Positions 40,270 through 51,640 of a stretch of 64,000 nt of DNA are shown here, one piece after another. Source of the stretch: Dictyostelium discoideum (taxonomy: Eukaryota); the NCBI GenBank assembly GCA_000004695.1, contig CM000150.2, forward strand, positions 3,872,001-3,936,000, given 5' to 3'. The number at the start of each line of letters is the position of its first letter. Position 1 is the first letter of the stretch. The notes below the pieces were generated by a model. That model ran no database searches, had not been told where the DNA came from, and saw only the letters and a list, made by a program, of their open reading frames with translations. Position numbers and translations under genes: made by a program.

Positions 40270-40888
40270 ATTAAATAATAATTTTAAAATAAAAAAAATA
40301 AGGAAATTATATGAAATAATCATTTAATTTAAAATGATGGTAATATATAAATAAATAAATAAACTAATTAATTAATTAATTAACTATGTGATTAATAATA
40401 ATTAATCATAATGATTAAAAAAAAAAATAATAATAATAATAATAATATAAAGTTTTTTTTTTATTATTTTATTTATTTTTATTTACACGTGCTTTAAACA
40501 ATTTTTCATTTGTTTTTCATATTTAATTTAATATGAAAAATATATTAATATATTTTATTTAAATTTTAATAGTGTTATTAAATTGGAGTGGATTTTTATA
40601 ATTATTTTTTCATTTGCTATAAAAAATAAAAAAATATTAAAAATTAAATAAAAAAAATTAAATAAAAAAATAATTAAAAAATGGGAAAATTTAAAAAAAA
40701 AATATTAAATACATGTGCACCACAAACACACTCTTGATCTTTTAAAAATAAAAACAAACAATGACTAAACAATCTAAAACTAATTGTTAATTGTTAACTA
40801 CCTTTATCAATCTTCCTGGGGAATTAAAATTTTAATAAAAAAAAAAAAAAAAAAAAAAAATAAGAATAAGAAAAAGGATTACTTGTTG

Positions 40889-40926
<38 letters not shown>

Positions 40927-41000
40927 CATTATTTAATATATTAATAAAATCACACAAACCACAATAAATAATAATAAAAAAAATAATAAAATTTAAAAAA

Positions 41001-42017
41001 ATGACAATGGAATTTATAGTATCAAATTATAATACTGGAAATTATAATATTAGTAATAGTGGAGAAATATTTAATACGGGAGGGTTAAATAATCCATTGG
41101 CAGTAATTTATGGGTATTTAGGATGCAATAAATCTATATTAATTGGCCAATATTCGAGTATTTGGACAAATAGAGGATTCAATGTTTTAATTTATTATCC
41201 ATCTTCAATTTTATCAAATTATAGAAAAGGTGTGAAAATTTTAAATACATGGATAAATAAATATTTTAATGAGAATCCATATAGGTCAAAAGTATTAGCA
41301 TTTCATTCAATTTCATCTGGTGCAAATTGTTTAGCATATCATTTGAAATTAATGATGAATGATAAATACTCAAATTCAATATCAATGATTAAAGCATGTT
41401 TATTTGATAACATTTCAAATTTTAATAATTCAATATTATCTTTAAAAAATAATTTAATTTCAAGTGGTGATATTTTTAAATTAATAAGATCAATATTTTT
41501 ACCTTTTTTTATACCTTTATGGGGTTGGGGGGGAAAAAATGAGTTTAAATATTTAATTTCAAAAAATGTAAAACCAAAACCAAAAATATTTTTTTTTTTT
41601 TTTGCTTTTTATTTATTTTAATTATTATTAATTTTTTTATTTTATTTTTAAAAAAAAAAAATTCTCTAAAAATAGAATAAATTTCATTATTTAGTAATTT
41701 ATAATAGTGGTTATAATAATAATGATAATAGTAAAACTTTTATTAAAACTTTAAAACAAAAAGGAAATCAATTCAATGAAAAAAATTCAGATTCTGGAAT
41801 TATTTTAATTGAAAAAGTAATTCACGAGAATAATTCACAAATATATTCAGATTGTACAAATCAATTGATTGATTTAATAATATACAATTACAATAAATGT
41901 AACAGTATCGATAATTATAATAATAATAATAATAATATTAAAACCAATAATAGTAATAATAATAATAACAATAGTAATATTAGACATCAAAATAGTAAAA
42001 ACACAATGTATTGGTGA
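41001..42017 (+). CDS. TMEM53/DUF829-like alpha/beta-hydrolase-fold protein, about 302 aa. Proposed exons 41001..41567 and 41676..42017.
   Basis: Family-like blocks are PLAVIYGYLGCNKSILIGQYSSIWTNRGFNVLIYYPSS, LAFHSISSGANCLAYHL and ACLFDNISNF. Donor is AAT|GTAAAA and acceptor is aaaaatag|AAT AAA, both phase 0. The product continues NKFHYLVIYNSG..GIILIEKVIHENNSQIYSDCTNQLIDLI.. to TGA at 42017. Confidence 0.5.
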
Positions 42018-42309
42018 AATTAAAAAATTTTTAAATAAAAATAAAAAAAAAAAAAAATTTAATTTAATTTTGGAACTTTCAAAAAAAAAAAAAAATATCA
42101 AAATAATTTTTATTTAAGTTTTAAATCTAATATGAAGGTGGACAGGAGGGTTTGTATTTTTCATTTTTTTTTTTTTTTAATTTTTTTTATTTTTGAAAAT
42201 TTTTTTGAAAAAAAAAAAAAAAAAAAAAAAAAAATAAAAAAAAGGTTTAATATATTTTTTTTGATCACTTTTAATTAAACTGTTTAAAATAAAAAAAATA
42301 ATAATAGGA

Positions 42310-43255
42310 ATGGAATCAGTTATTGGACAAGTAAATCAAGTAATTAAAACTACATTAGGACCAGAATGGGATTTAAGTTTACTCATTAGTAAAGCTTTAG
42401 GTTATGGAATTATTGCAGGCTCATTATTATTAAAAGTACCACAAATACTTAAAGTTGCAAGTAGCAAATCTGCAGAATCTTTATCTGCTTCATCAATTGC
42501 CATGGAAAATATTGGGTATGTTAAAAAACATATATATATATATATATATATATTTTAAAAGATTATAATTAATTATTAATTAATAAATTATCATCACCAT
42601 AATCGAAATAGTTTCACAATTTCACTCCTTGCAGGTTATAAATTATTGAATCCATTTTCAACCTATGGTGAAAGTGCATTCATTTTAGTTCAAAATTTCT
42701 TCCTTTTAATTTTAGTTTTAAAATATACTCAAAAATTAAATGCTGTCTTTTTTACTGGTTTAGCTTTGTAAGTATTATTTATATATATAAAAAAAAAAAA
42801 TAAAAAAATAAAAAAAATAAAAAAAATAAAAAAATAAAAATTAACCCATTCCATCCACCCATCCATCGATCCATCAATTTAATATTAAACAGATATGCAG
42901 GAGCTGTTTTTGCTGCATTAAATTATGTCGATAACGATGGTTTCAATTTATTATTGGTAAATTTTAAATTATATATTTATAGATATATATAGATATATAG
43001 ATAATGATCATTATATTAATATAGGGAAAAATTAATAATCAATTTATTTTTACATACTATAAATATATATATAATAAATAGAAACTCAATATTCCATTAT
43101 TCATTATTAGCAAATTCCCACAAATCATTACCATCATCAAGAATAAGAGTGTTGGTCAACTTTCATTCATTACTTGTTTCTTAAATTTGGCTGGTAGTTT
43201 AGCACGTGTTTTCACAACCATCAAAGAAGTTAATAATCCAGTTAGTAAGTATTTA

Positions 43256-43308
<53 letters not shown>

Positions 43309-43463
43309 TACTTTTTTTTTTTTTCTTTTCCTAATAATTTTTAGTTTTATTAAGTTATGGAATTGGAAGTTTCTTAAATAGTATTATTTTAATCCTCTTC
43401 TTTGTATATGGAACTAAAAAAGTACCAGCAAGAAAACAAGTTGGTACTAAGAAAACAAATTAA
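42310..43463 (+). CDS. MPDU1 (mannose-P-dolichol utilization defect 1) PQ-loop protein, 235 aa. Exons 42310..42515, 42612..42767, 42893..42956, 43082..43244, 43345..43463.
   Basis: First PQ-loop is LISKALGYGIIAGSLLLKVPQILKVASSKSAESLS. Second is ..FIISKFPQIITIIKNKSVGQLSFITCFLNLAGSLARVFTTIKEVNNPV.. Both match human MPDU1 (..[30 protein letters not shown]..). Donors are GTATGT, GTAAGT, GTAAAT and GTAAGT, and phases are consistent. Intron 2 is unusually C-rich and intron 4 holds a 47-nt A run. Confidence 0.8.
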
Positions 43464-43624
43464 ATTAAAGTTCTTAGTTGGAAAAATAATAATAATAATA
43501 ATAAAAAAAGGTTTTAAATCAATTATTTGTGTAGACTACTATTTACAATTTATTACTCTTTTCGTGTTTTGTTTTTTTTTTTTTTTTTTTCTTTATATTA
43601 TAAATTTTAATTTATGATCACTTC

Positions 43625-43986
43625 TTATTTCTTTTTTGGTTGTTGAGTTTTTTTATTTTTTGTGCTATCTTCTTCAGCTTTTAAGACTGTTAATTTGCCA
43701 TTGTTTTTCTTTAATCTGGTAGTCATTTCAGTTTCAATCTTTTGAGTGATAGCTGATTCTAATTTTCTATTTACTTTAGCTTTGGCTATTGAAATGGCTG
43801 ATTTATTAACTTTTTTCTTTTTATTTAAACCAACTAATTAAAAAAAAAAAAAAAAAAAAAAATTAATTAGTTATTATGTAATAAATATTATTATTATTTT
43901 TATGATTTTGTTGTAAAGTATTTTGTACCTTTAGAAACTTTATTGGTTGCACCAGCTTTTTTAATTTTTAAATTTGATTGTGCCAT
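43625..43986 (-). CDS. UPF0390 family small basic protein (C19orf53/L10K-like), 88 aa. Exons 43929..43986 and 43625..43833.
   Basis: Product MAQSNLKIKKAGATNKVSK|VGLNKKKKVNKSAISIAKAKVNRKLESAITQKIETEMTTRLKKNNGKLTVLKAEEDSTKNKKTQQPKKK*. Donor is AAA G|GTACAA and acceptor is ttaattag|TT GGT (phase 1+2). Confidence 0.6.
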
Positions 43987-44815
43987 TGTTGTGTGTGTAT
44001 GTATGCGTATAGTTGGGAAAAAAAAAAAAAAAAAAAAAAAAAGAAAAAAAGTTTAAAAAACGAAAAAAAAAAAAATTTTATTTTCACTTTTTTTTGGAAT
44101 AAAAAAAAAAAAAAAAAGAAAACTATTTTTAAATAATCAAATAATTATCTTTCTAATTAAGTCATTTTATTTTTATCTTTTTTTTATTTAATAGTTTTAA
44201 TTTAATTTGTTTATTTTTATTTGTTTTATTTTTTTTTATTTTTTATTTTTTATTTTTTTTTTTATTTTATTTTTTTTTCAAAATTGTGGTGTGGGTGAAA
44301 AAAAAAAGAAATATATTTATCTTTCATATTTTCTAATTTTATAATCTTTTTGTAAAAATAATAAAAACAAGAAACATCCTTTTTTTATATTATTTAGGTA
44401 TTATTAATTTGATTTATAATAAATTCTTGAATTAATTATGTGAACTTGGCCATCCACATTTTTTTTTTTTTTTTTTTTTTTTTTCAAAATTGTTTTTTTT
44501 TTTTTTATTTTTTTTTTTTTTTATTTTTATTTTTTTTTTTTTTATTTTTTTTTTTTTTTTATTTTATTTTTTTTTTTTTTTTTTCTCAATCATTTACACA
44601 TCATTACTACATATATACTTTTTTGACCCATTTATTAAAGAAAAAAAAAAAAAAAAGTATTTTAAATAATAATAACTTTTAAAATTAAATAGTTTTTTTT
44701 GTTTTTTTTTTTCAAATAATAATAACTAATAATTAACAAGTAAATAAAATTTTTAGAATAGTAATATTATAATAGAAAAAAAAAAAATTAAAAAAAAAAC
44801 AAAAAAAGAATAAGA

Positions 44816-44920
44816 ATGAGTGAATGGGTACCAAACCAAGATGGTTTAAAACAGTTAGTTTATGTTTTAAATTTATCAAATTCAACATCAAGAGAAGTTC
44901 ATGACCAAATTAGAGAGGTA

Positions 44921-44959
<39 letters not shown>

Positions 44960-47900
44960 ATTTTCATTAGTTTTACAAAAAATTTTTTAATCTTTCTCTC
45001 TTTCCCCCTTTTTTTTTTTTTTTTTTTTTTCTCTCTCTTTTTCTCTTTTACACAATTACCAATAAAATAATAAATTAATTTATATTCATTACTAATTATA
45101 TAAATAAATAAATAAATACACCTATTACAACAAATATAATTATAATTTATTTTCAAATATTTGAAAAAAACATAGGAATTAGATAAATTCCATTCAGTAC
45201 CAGATTATAATAACTATCTAACACTTATATTCAAAAGTAATGAATTACAACCACATATTAGAAGTGTTGCAGGTTTAGTTTTAAAGACTAATATCAAACA
45301 ATACTTTGAAAAAATGCCAAGAGAAGTTCAAAACTATATCAAAAGGGAGATTTTACCAGTTTTATCTGACCCAGATGCTTCAGTTCGTCATACAGTTGGT
45401 AATATCATTACAAATTTAATTAAAAAGAGTTGTTTTTCTGTATGTATAAAATTAATTTAATATTATAATATTAAATAAATATAAAATATAAATACTAATT
45501 CTTTATTATTATTATTATTATTATTAATTTATTTTAGGAATGGCCAGAATTATTACCAGCATTAAATTTAGCATTAGATAGTAATAGTCAAGATTTAATT
45601 GAAGGTTCACTTTATACATTATCATTGTTATGTGAAGATTCAACTAAAAAACTTGATTCAGATGATAGTGGTAGAGCATTGAATCAATTAATTCCAAAAT
45701 TGATTATGTTTTTCAAATGCAATAATGCAGATTTCAGAAAGAAAGCATTGGTATCCATTTCCTATTTCATTATTAGTATGCCAGGAGCATTGCTTATCAA
45801 TATGGAAGCATTTTTAAAGGGTATCTTTTCAATGAGTGAAGATCCATCAGAAGCTGTTAGAACCAATGTTTGTAAGACATTGGTTACCTTGGTAGAGACA
45901 AAGATCGAATTTTTACTACCATACATTAAAGATGTCATTCAGTATATGTTACATGCTACCAAAGATAAATCTGAAGAGGTAGCATTGGAGGCATGTGAAT
46001 TTTGGACAGCAATATCTCAAGCTGAAGGTTGCAGAGATTTATTAAGAGATTATTTACCAGTATTAGTACCAATTCTATTGAATGGTATGGTTTATACCGA
46101 ACAAGATTATGAATATTTAGATCAAGGTGATGATTCAATGACACCTGATAGACCACAGGATATTAAGCCATTTATAGCATCAACTAAATCACATGGTAGT
46201 GGTAGTAGTGGTGGTGGGCAAGATACAGGTTTTGTAAATCCAGATAATAATAATAATAGTAACAATAATAATAGTAGCAATAATAATAGTAGCAATAATA
46301 ATAATAATAATAATAATGAGGATGATGAAGAATATAATGATGATGATGATGATGACGATGATGATGGATTTGAAGATGAAGCATGGACAATTAGAAAGAG
46401 TTCAGCTTTTGCAATTGATGTTTTATCAGGAATATTTCCAGATGCAGAATATTTATCAGTTACATTACCATTGATTGAACAACGTATGAATGAACAAAAT
46501 CCATGGCCAGTTAGAGAATCGGCCATTTTAGCATTGGGTGCAATTGCAGATGGAAGTAAGAATGGATTGGCACCTCATCTTTCAAAAGTAATACCTTATT
46601 TAATCAATACATTGAATGATCCAAAACCATTGGTACGTAGTATAACATGTTGGACATTATCACGTTACTCCTATTGGATTGCACAAGCGGATGGACGTGA
46701 TTACCTTCATCCATTGGTTGTCAACTTGCTTAATCGTATCGTTGATAACAATAAAAAGGTTCAAGAAGCAGCATGTTCAGCATTTGCAACATTGGAAGAG
46801 GAAGCTGATCTCCTCTTGATACCATATCTTCAAATGATTTTGGTCACATTTGTCAATGCATTTGGAAAATATCAAGCAAAGAATCTCTTGATTCTCTACG
46901 ATGCAATCTCAACATTGGCCAAGGTGGTAGGTAATGAATTGAATAAACCAGAGTTGATCAATATATTGGTACCACCACTCTTACAGAAATTCAATGCATT
47001 GGATGATTCAAATAAGAATCTATTACCATTGTTGGGTTGTTTGAATCAAGTTTGCTCCTCCATTGGTGCAGGACTTCAAAATTTAATTTCTTTGTTTTTC
47101 AATCGTTCAATTAAATTAATTGAAGGTTCATTACAAGCTCATTATAAATATAATAATCAAGATCAAAAGGGCTCATCATCGTCGTCTGATCAAGATTTCA
47201 TTGTTGCAGCATTGGATCTCTTACAAGGTCTATCCGAAGGTATTGGTACATCGATCGAATCACTCATTCCAAATAGTAATTTACCTCATCTCCTCTTACA
47301 ATGTATGAATCTTCGTGGCTCCGATGTTTTACAATCAAGTTTTGCACTTCTTGGTGATATGAGTAAATTCTGTCTCATTCATTTCAAACAATACATACCA
47401 GACTATTTAAATATCCTCACAAACAATCTATATCCAGAGTATTTATCGGTTTGTAATAATGCAAGTTGGGCAATCGGTGAAATTGCCATTAGAATGCCTG
47501 ATGAAGTTAAACCATTCGTGGTTGCAATTCGTGACCGTTTAATTTCAAACATCAATAAAGTCAATTTAAATCGTGGTGTACTTGAAAATACCGCTGTAAC
47601 CATTGGTCGTTTGGGTATCGTTTCACCTGCTGATATCTCTCCATTTGTCGACAAGTTTATTCAATGTTGGTGTATGGCCATTCGTAGAAAAACTGATGAT
47701 ATTGAAAAGGATTCAGCTTTTCGTGGTATGTGGTTAATCATTAACAATAATCCAAATGGTGCTTTACGTCATTTAGTTTACATTTGTGACGCTGTTGCCT
47801 CTTGGGATAAAATGCAACCTGATCTCTATGAAGCTTACTTTAAACTTTTACATATGTATAAAACTAGTATGGGTGGTGTTTGGGCTCAATTCTATAATCA

Positions 47901-47967
47901 ATTTCCAGAACAACTTCGTGAAATTTTAAATGAGAAATTTAAATTGAATCAAGATATATCTCAATAA
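44816..47967 (+). CDS. Transportin (karyopherin beta-2, importin-beta family), 931 aa. Exons 44816..44917, 45176..45439, 45538..47967.
   Basis: It is collinear with human TNPO1, for example PDYNNYLTLIF.., ..EEVALEACEFWTAISQ.., ..KPLVRSITCWTLSRYSYWI.., ..KVQEAACSAFATLEEEA.., ..KNLLILYDAISTLA.. and ..KDSAFRGMWLIINNNPNG... An acidic H8-loop analogue is NNNN..EDDEEYNDDDDDDDDDGFEDEAW. Donors are GTAATT and GTATGT, phase 0. Confidence 0.88.
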
Positions 47968-48039
47968 ATAAAAAAAAATAAATAAAAAATAAAAAATAAA
48001 AAATAAAAAATAAAAAAAAAATCAATAAATTAATAAATA

Positions 48040-48162
<123 letters not shown>

Positions 48163-48490
48163 TTAAAAAAAAAATAAAAATAAAAATAAAAAAAAAAAAA
48201 TTAAAAAAAAAAAAAAAAATAGATCAAATTAATTTAATCACAAAATTAATATTTAATCATAAAATAATAGCCAATAATAAATAATAATAATAATAAATAA
48301 AACAATGGCTATAATAATAATATAGCTATTTATAAAAATAATTTTTTTCTTTTTTTTTTTATTATTTCTCCGATCGGCGTTCTATTTTATTTTTTAAAAA
48401 CAGGGTTTTTATTTTTATTTTATTTTGGTTTTATAAAATGGTTTTTTTTTTTTATTTTTTATTTTTTTTTTTTTATTTTCCCAAACTGCA

Positions 48491-48522
<32 letters not shown>

Positions 48523-48592
48523 TTATTTTTTTTTTTTTATAACTTTTCCTAAAACAAACGTTTATAAAAAAAAAAAAACAAATAAAATTAAA

Positions 48593-49329
48593 ATGACAGA
48601 AAATATTAATGAATTTAGAGTTAATAATTTTGGAGCAGGACCAGGATGTATTCCAACTGAAGTTTTATTAGAAGCACAAAAAGAATTATTAAATTTTCAA
48701 GGTTGTGGTAAAAGTATAATGGAAGTATCACATAGGGGTAAAGAATTTGAAGGTGTAATCAATGAAACCAAATCAAATTTAAAGAAATTATTATCAATCT
48801 CTGATGATTATGATATATTATTTTTACAAGGTGGTGCATCATCTTTATTTGCAGGTATTCCAATGAATTTATGTGAAAATGGTGTTGAGGATATTGTTGA
48901 TTTCATAGTAACAGGATCATGGTCAAAACAAGCCTCAAACGATGGGAAATACTTTTGCAAAGTTAATAAAGTCGTTGATATGGAGAAAGAGAAATTCCTA
49001 ACTGTTACAGAGCCACAATCATGGAAATTCTCACCAGATGCAAAGTATGTCCACTATTGTGATAATGAAACCATTCATGGTATTGAAATGCCAATTTCAA
49101 CACCTGATCATTTACCATCAAATCTTATCAAAGTTTGTGATATGTCTTCAAACTTTTTATCAAAACCAATCGATGTCAATAAATTTGATTTAATTTTCGC
49201 AGGTGCTCAAAAAAATGCTGGTATCTCTGGTATTACAATAGTTATAATTAAAAAATCTTTATTATTAAAAACAAAACCAAATGTACCTTCAGTTTTTAAT
49301 TTTTTAGTAAGTTTTAATTATTAATTATT

Positions 49330-49361
<32 letters not shown>

Positions 49362-49886
49362 GTGTTTAGGTTGTGATTTTTTTTTTTTTTTATTTTTTTT
49401 TTTTTTTTATTTTATTATTTTTATTATTAATTATTTATTAATTATTTATTAATTATTATTTTATTAAAAAAAAAGAAAAAAAGTCAAAATAATTCATTAG
49501 ATAATACACCACCAACATTTAATATTTATATTACAGGATTAATATTGAAATGGATTATTAATAAAGGTGGTTTAAGTGAAATTGAAAAATTAAATATTGC
49601 AAAAGCACATGCACTTTATGAATATATTGATAATTCAAATAGTTTCTATAAATGTTCAATCGATAAGAACTATAGATCAAGAATGAATGTTGTATTTAGA
49701 ATTCAAGATGGTAATACTGAATTGGAAGAGAAATTCATTAAAGAAGCTTCAAAAGAAAATATCACCGATATTAAAGGTCATAGATCTGTTGGTGGTTTAA
49801 GAGTTTCTTTATATAATGCAATCACTATTGATCAAACTTTAATTTTAATTAATTTTATGACAAATTTTCATAATAATAATAAATAA
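48593..49886 (+). CDS. serC: Phosphoserine aminotransferase (SerC/PSAT), 374 aa. Exons 48593..49306 and 49476..49886.
   Basis: Matches to PSAT include ..FGAGPGCIPTEVL.., ..KVCDMSSNFLSKPIDVNKFDLIFAGAQKNAGISGITIVII.., ..SLDNTPPTFNIYITGLILKWIINKGGLSEIEKLN.. and ..KGHRSVGGLRVSLYNAITI... Donor is TTA|GTAAGT and acceptor is aaaaaag|AAA AAA AGT, phase 0. Confidence 0.88.
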
Positions 49887-50019
49887 AATTTAAAAATAAA
49901 AATAAAAATAAAACCAATAAAAAAAAAAAAAAAAAAAAAAACCAATTACAATATCTTTTTTTTATTTTTTATATACACTTATATTTGAATATTATTTATT
50001 TATTTTTTCATTTTTCATT

Positions 50020-50077
50020 CTATAAAAGTGAAAGATTACCAAGTAAATCTTCTAAATCATCAATAGTTTTTGAAATT

Positions 50078-50150
<73 letters not shown>

Positions 50151-50814
50151 CATCATTCATATCATCATTCATATCATCATTCATATCATCATTATTATTA
50201 TTATTATTATTATTATGAATTCTTTGTTGAGGATGCTCAAAATTATAAATGATTTTTTTTATTTTTTCTTTATCTTTTTCACTACCAGAAACATTTACAT
50301 AATCAATTATACTCTTTATGATTTGTCTTAATTCATTTTCTAATCTAGTTGCTTGTTGTTGTCTTTCAAGTTGATTAGTTGTTTTAATATTATCAAACAT
50401 TCTTTTTAATCTTGAACTTGCTAATTGTAATGCAGTATTATTGTTATTATCTCTTGTTAATATTGATTGCTGTTGTTGTTGTTGTTGTTGTTGTTGTTCA
50501 ATATTTCGATTATTTTGATTATTATTATTTTGATTATTATTTAATATCATTGAAACAATATTTGAAAAACCATTTATTGAAGCAATATGTAATGGTGTAT
50601 TATTATTTATATCTTTAAGTGTTGGATTTGCACCATTTTCTAATAGGTATTTTACAACATCTTGTTTATTTTTACAAACTGCAAAGTGTAATCCACTTCT
50701 TTGTTTATCATCAACTTGATTAACATTTACCATCCCATTTTGTATTAAATAATCAAGTAGTTGTAAATTTGAATCACTACATGCTTGAATATATTGACTC
50801 CAAAAATTATCCAT
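50020..50814 (-). CDS. Small ankyrin-repeat protein with a poly-Q/poly-N and DDMN-repeat C-terminal region, about 264 aa from MDNFWSQ. An upstream in-frame ATG at 50880 would add 22 poly-F/Y residues.
   Basis: Ankyrin repeats include ..QRSGLHFAVCKNKQDVVKYLLENGANPTLKDINNNTPLHIASINGFSNIVSMIL.. The start was chosen at the first ATG after the T-tract. Confidence 0.6.
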
Positions 50815-51640
50815 TAAAAAAAAAAAAAAATATAAATCTCTATATAGTGGTTGTTGTTGTTTATAAAAAAAATAAAACAAATAAAATAAAAAAAAAAAAT
50901 TAAAAAAAAAAAAAAAAAAAAAAATTTGAAAATTAAAAAAGTGAAGTTATTTTTGGTTATTTTTTTTTTTTTTTTTTTTTTTATTTGATTTTTTATTTTT
51001 TTATTTTTTATTAAAATTCTCTTTCCCCAAAAATTTTTTCCATTTTTTTTGAGGGAAAAACTAATAAAAAATAAAGAAAAAAAAAAAAAAAAAAAAAAAA
51101 TCAAAACAATTCCCACTTTGAAAAAAAATGAAAAAACAATTAAAAAAAAAAAAAACCTAAACCCAAATCCAATTTTAATACAAATGCTCGAAACTCAAAA
51201 TCTATAAATTCCAAAATTTTTTTAATTTTTTTTTTTTTTTATTTCTTACTTGTACAAAAGCTCGGTTTTAGATAGATATTTTAATAATTGATTTTTATTT
51301 TTTTCTTTTGTTTTCGTGCAATGATTGGTTTTTATTTTAAAAATTTTTTTTCCAATTATTTTACCCAAAAAATGAGAAAAATCACAGAATTTGCGCTTTT
51401 GGATATTTTCATTTTGGAAAACTACGTCATGAAAATTATAAAATGATGAAATTAATCGGATTTTTTTATTTCTTTACCAAAAAATTTTTTTTTATAAATA
51501 GGGGATCGTTTTTTTAAAAAAAAAAAAAAAAAAATAATTTATTTAGTTAAACCAAAATAATTTATTTAAATCCATAAAAAATACAAAAAAATAATAATTA
51601 TAATAAATAATAAATTTATATTATAAAAAAAAAAAAAAAA

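Noticed and set aside
46122-46526. 134-aa minus-strand ORF with poly-L and poly-S tracts
   Set aside because: It is antisense to the acidic/poly-N loop of the transportin gene, and the sense frame is homologous along its whole length.
50815-50880. Upstream ATG adding MFYFFYKQQQPLYRDLYFFFFL to the ankyrin protein
   Set aside because: The extension is a translation of T/A homopolymer promoter-like sequence. The MDNFWSQ start is more plausible, but this cannot be settled from sequence alone.
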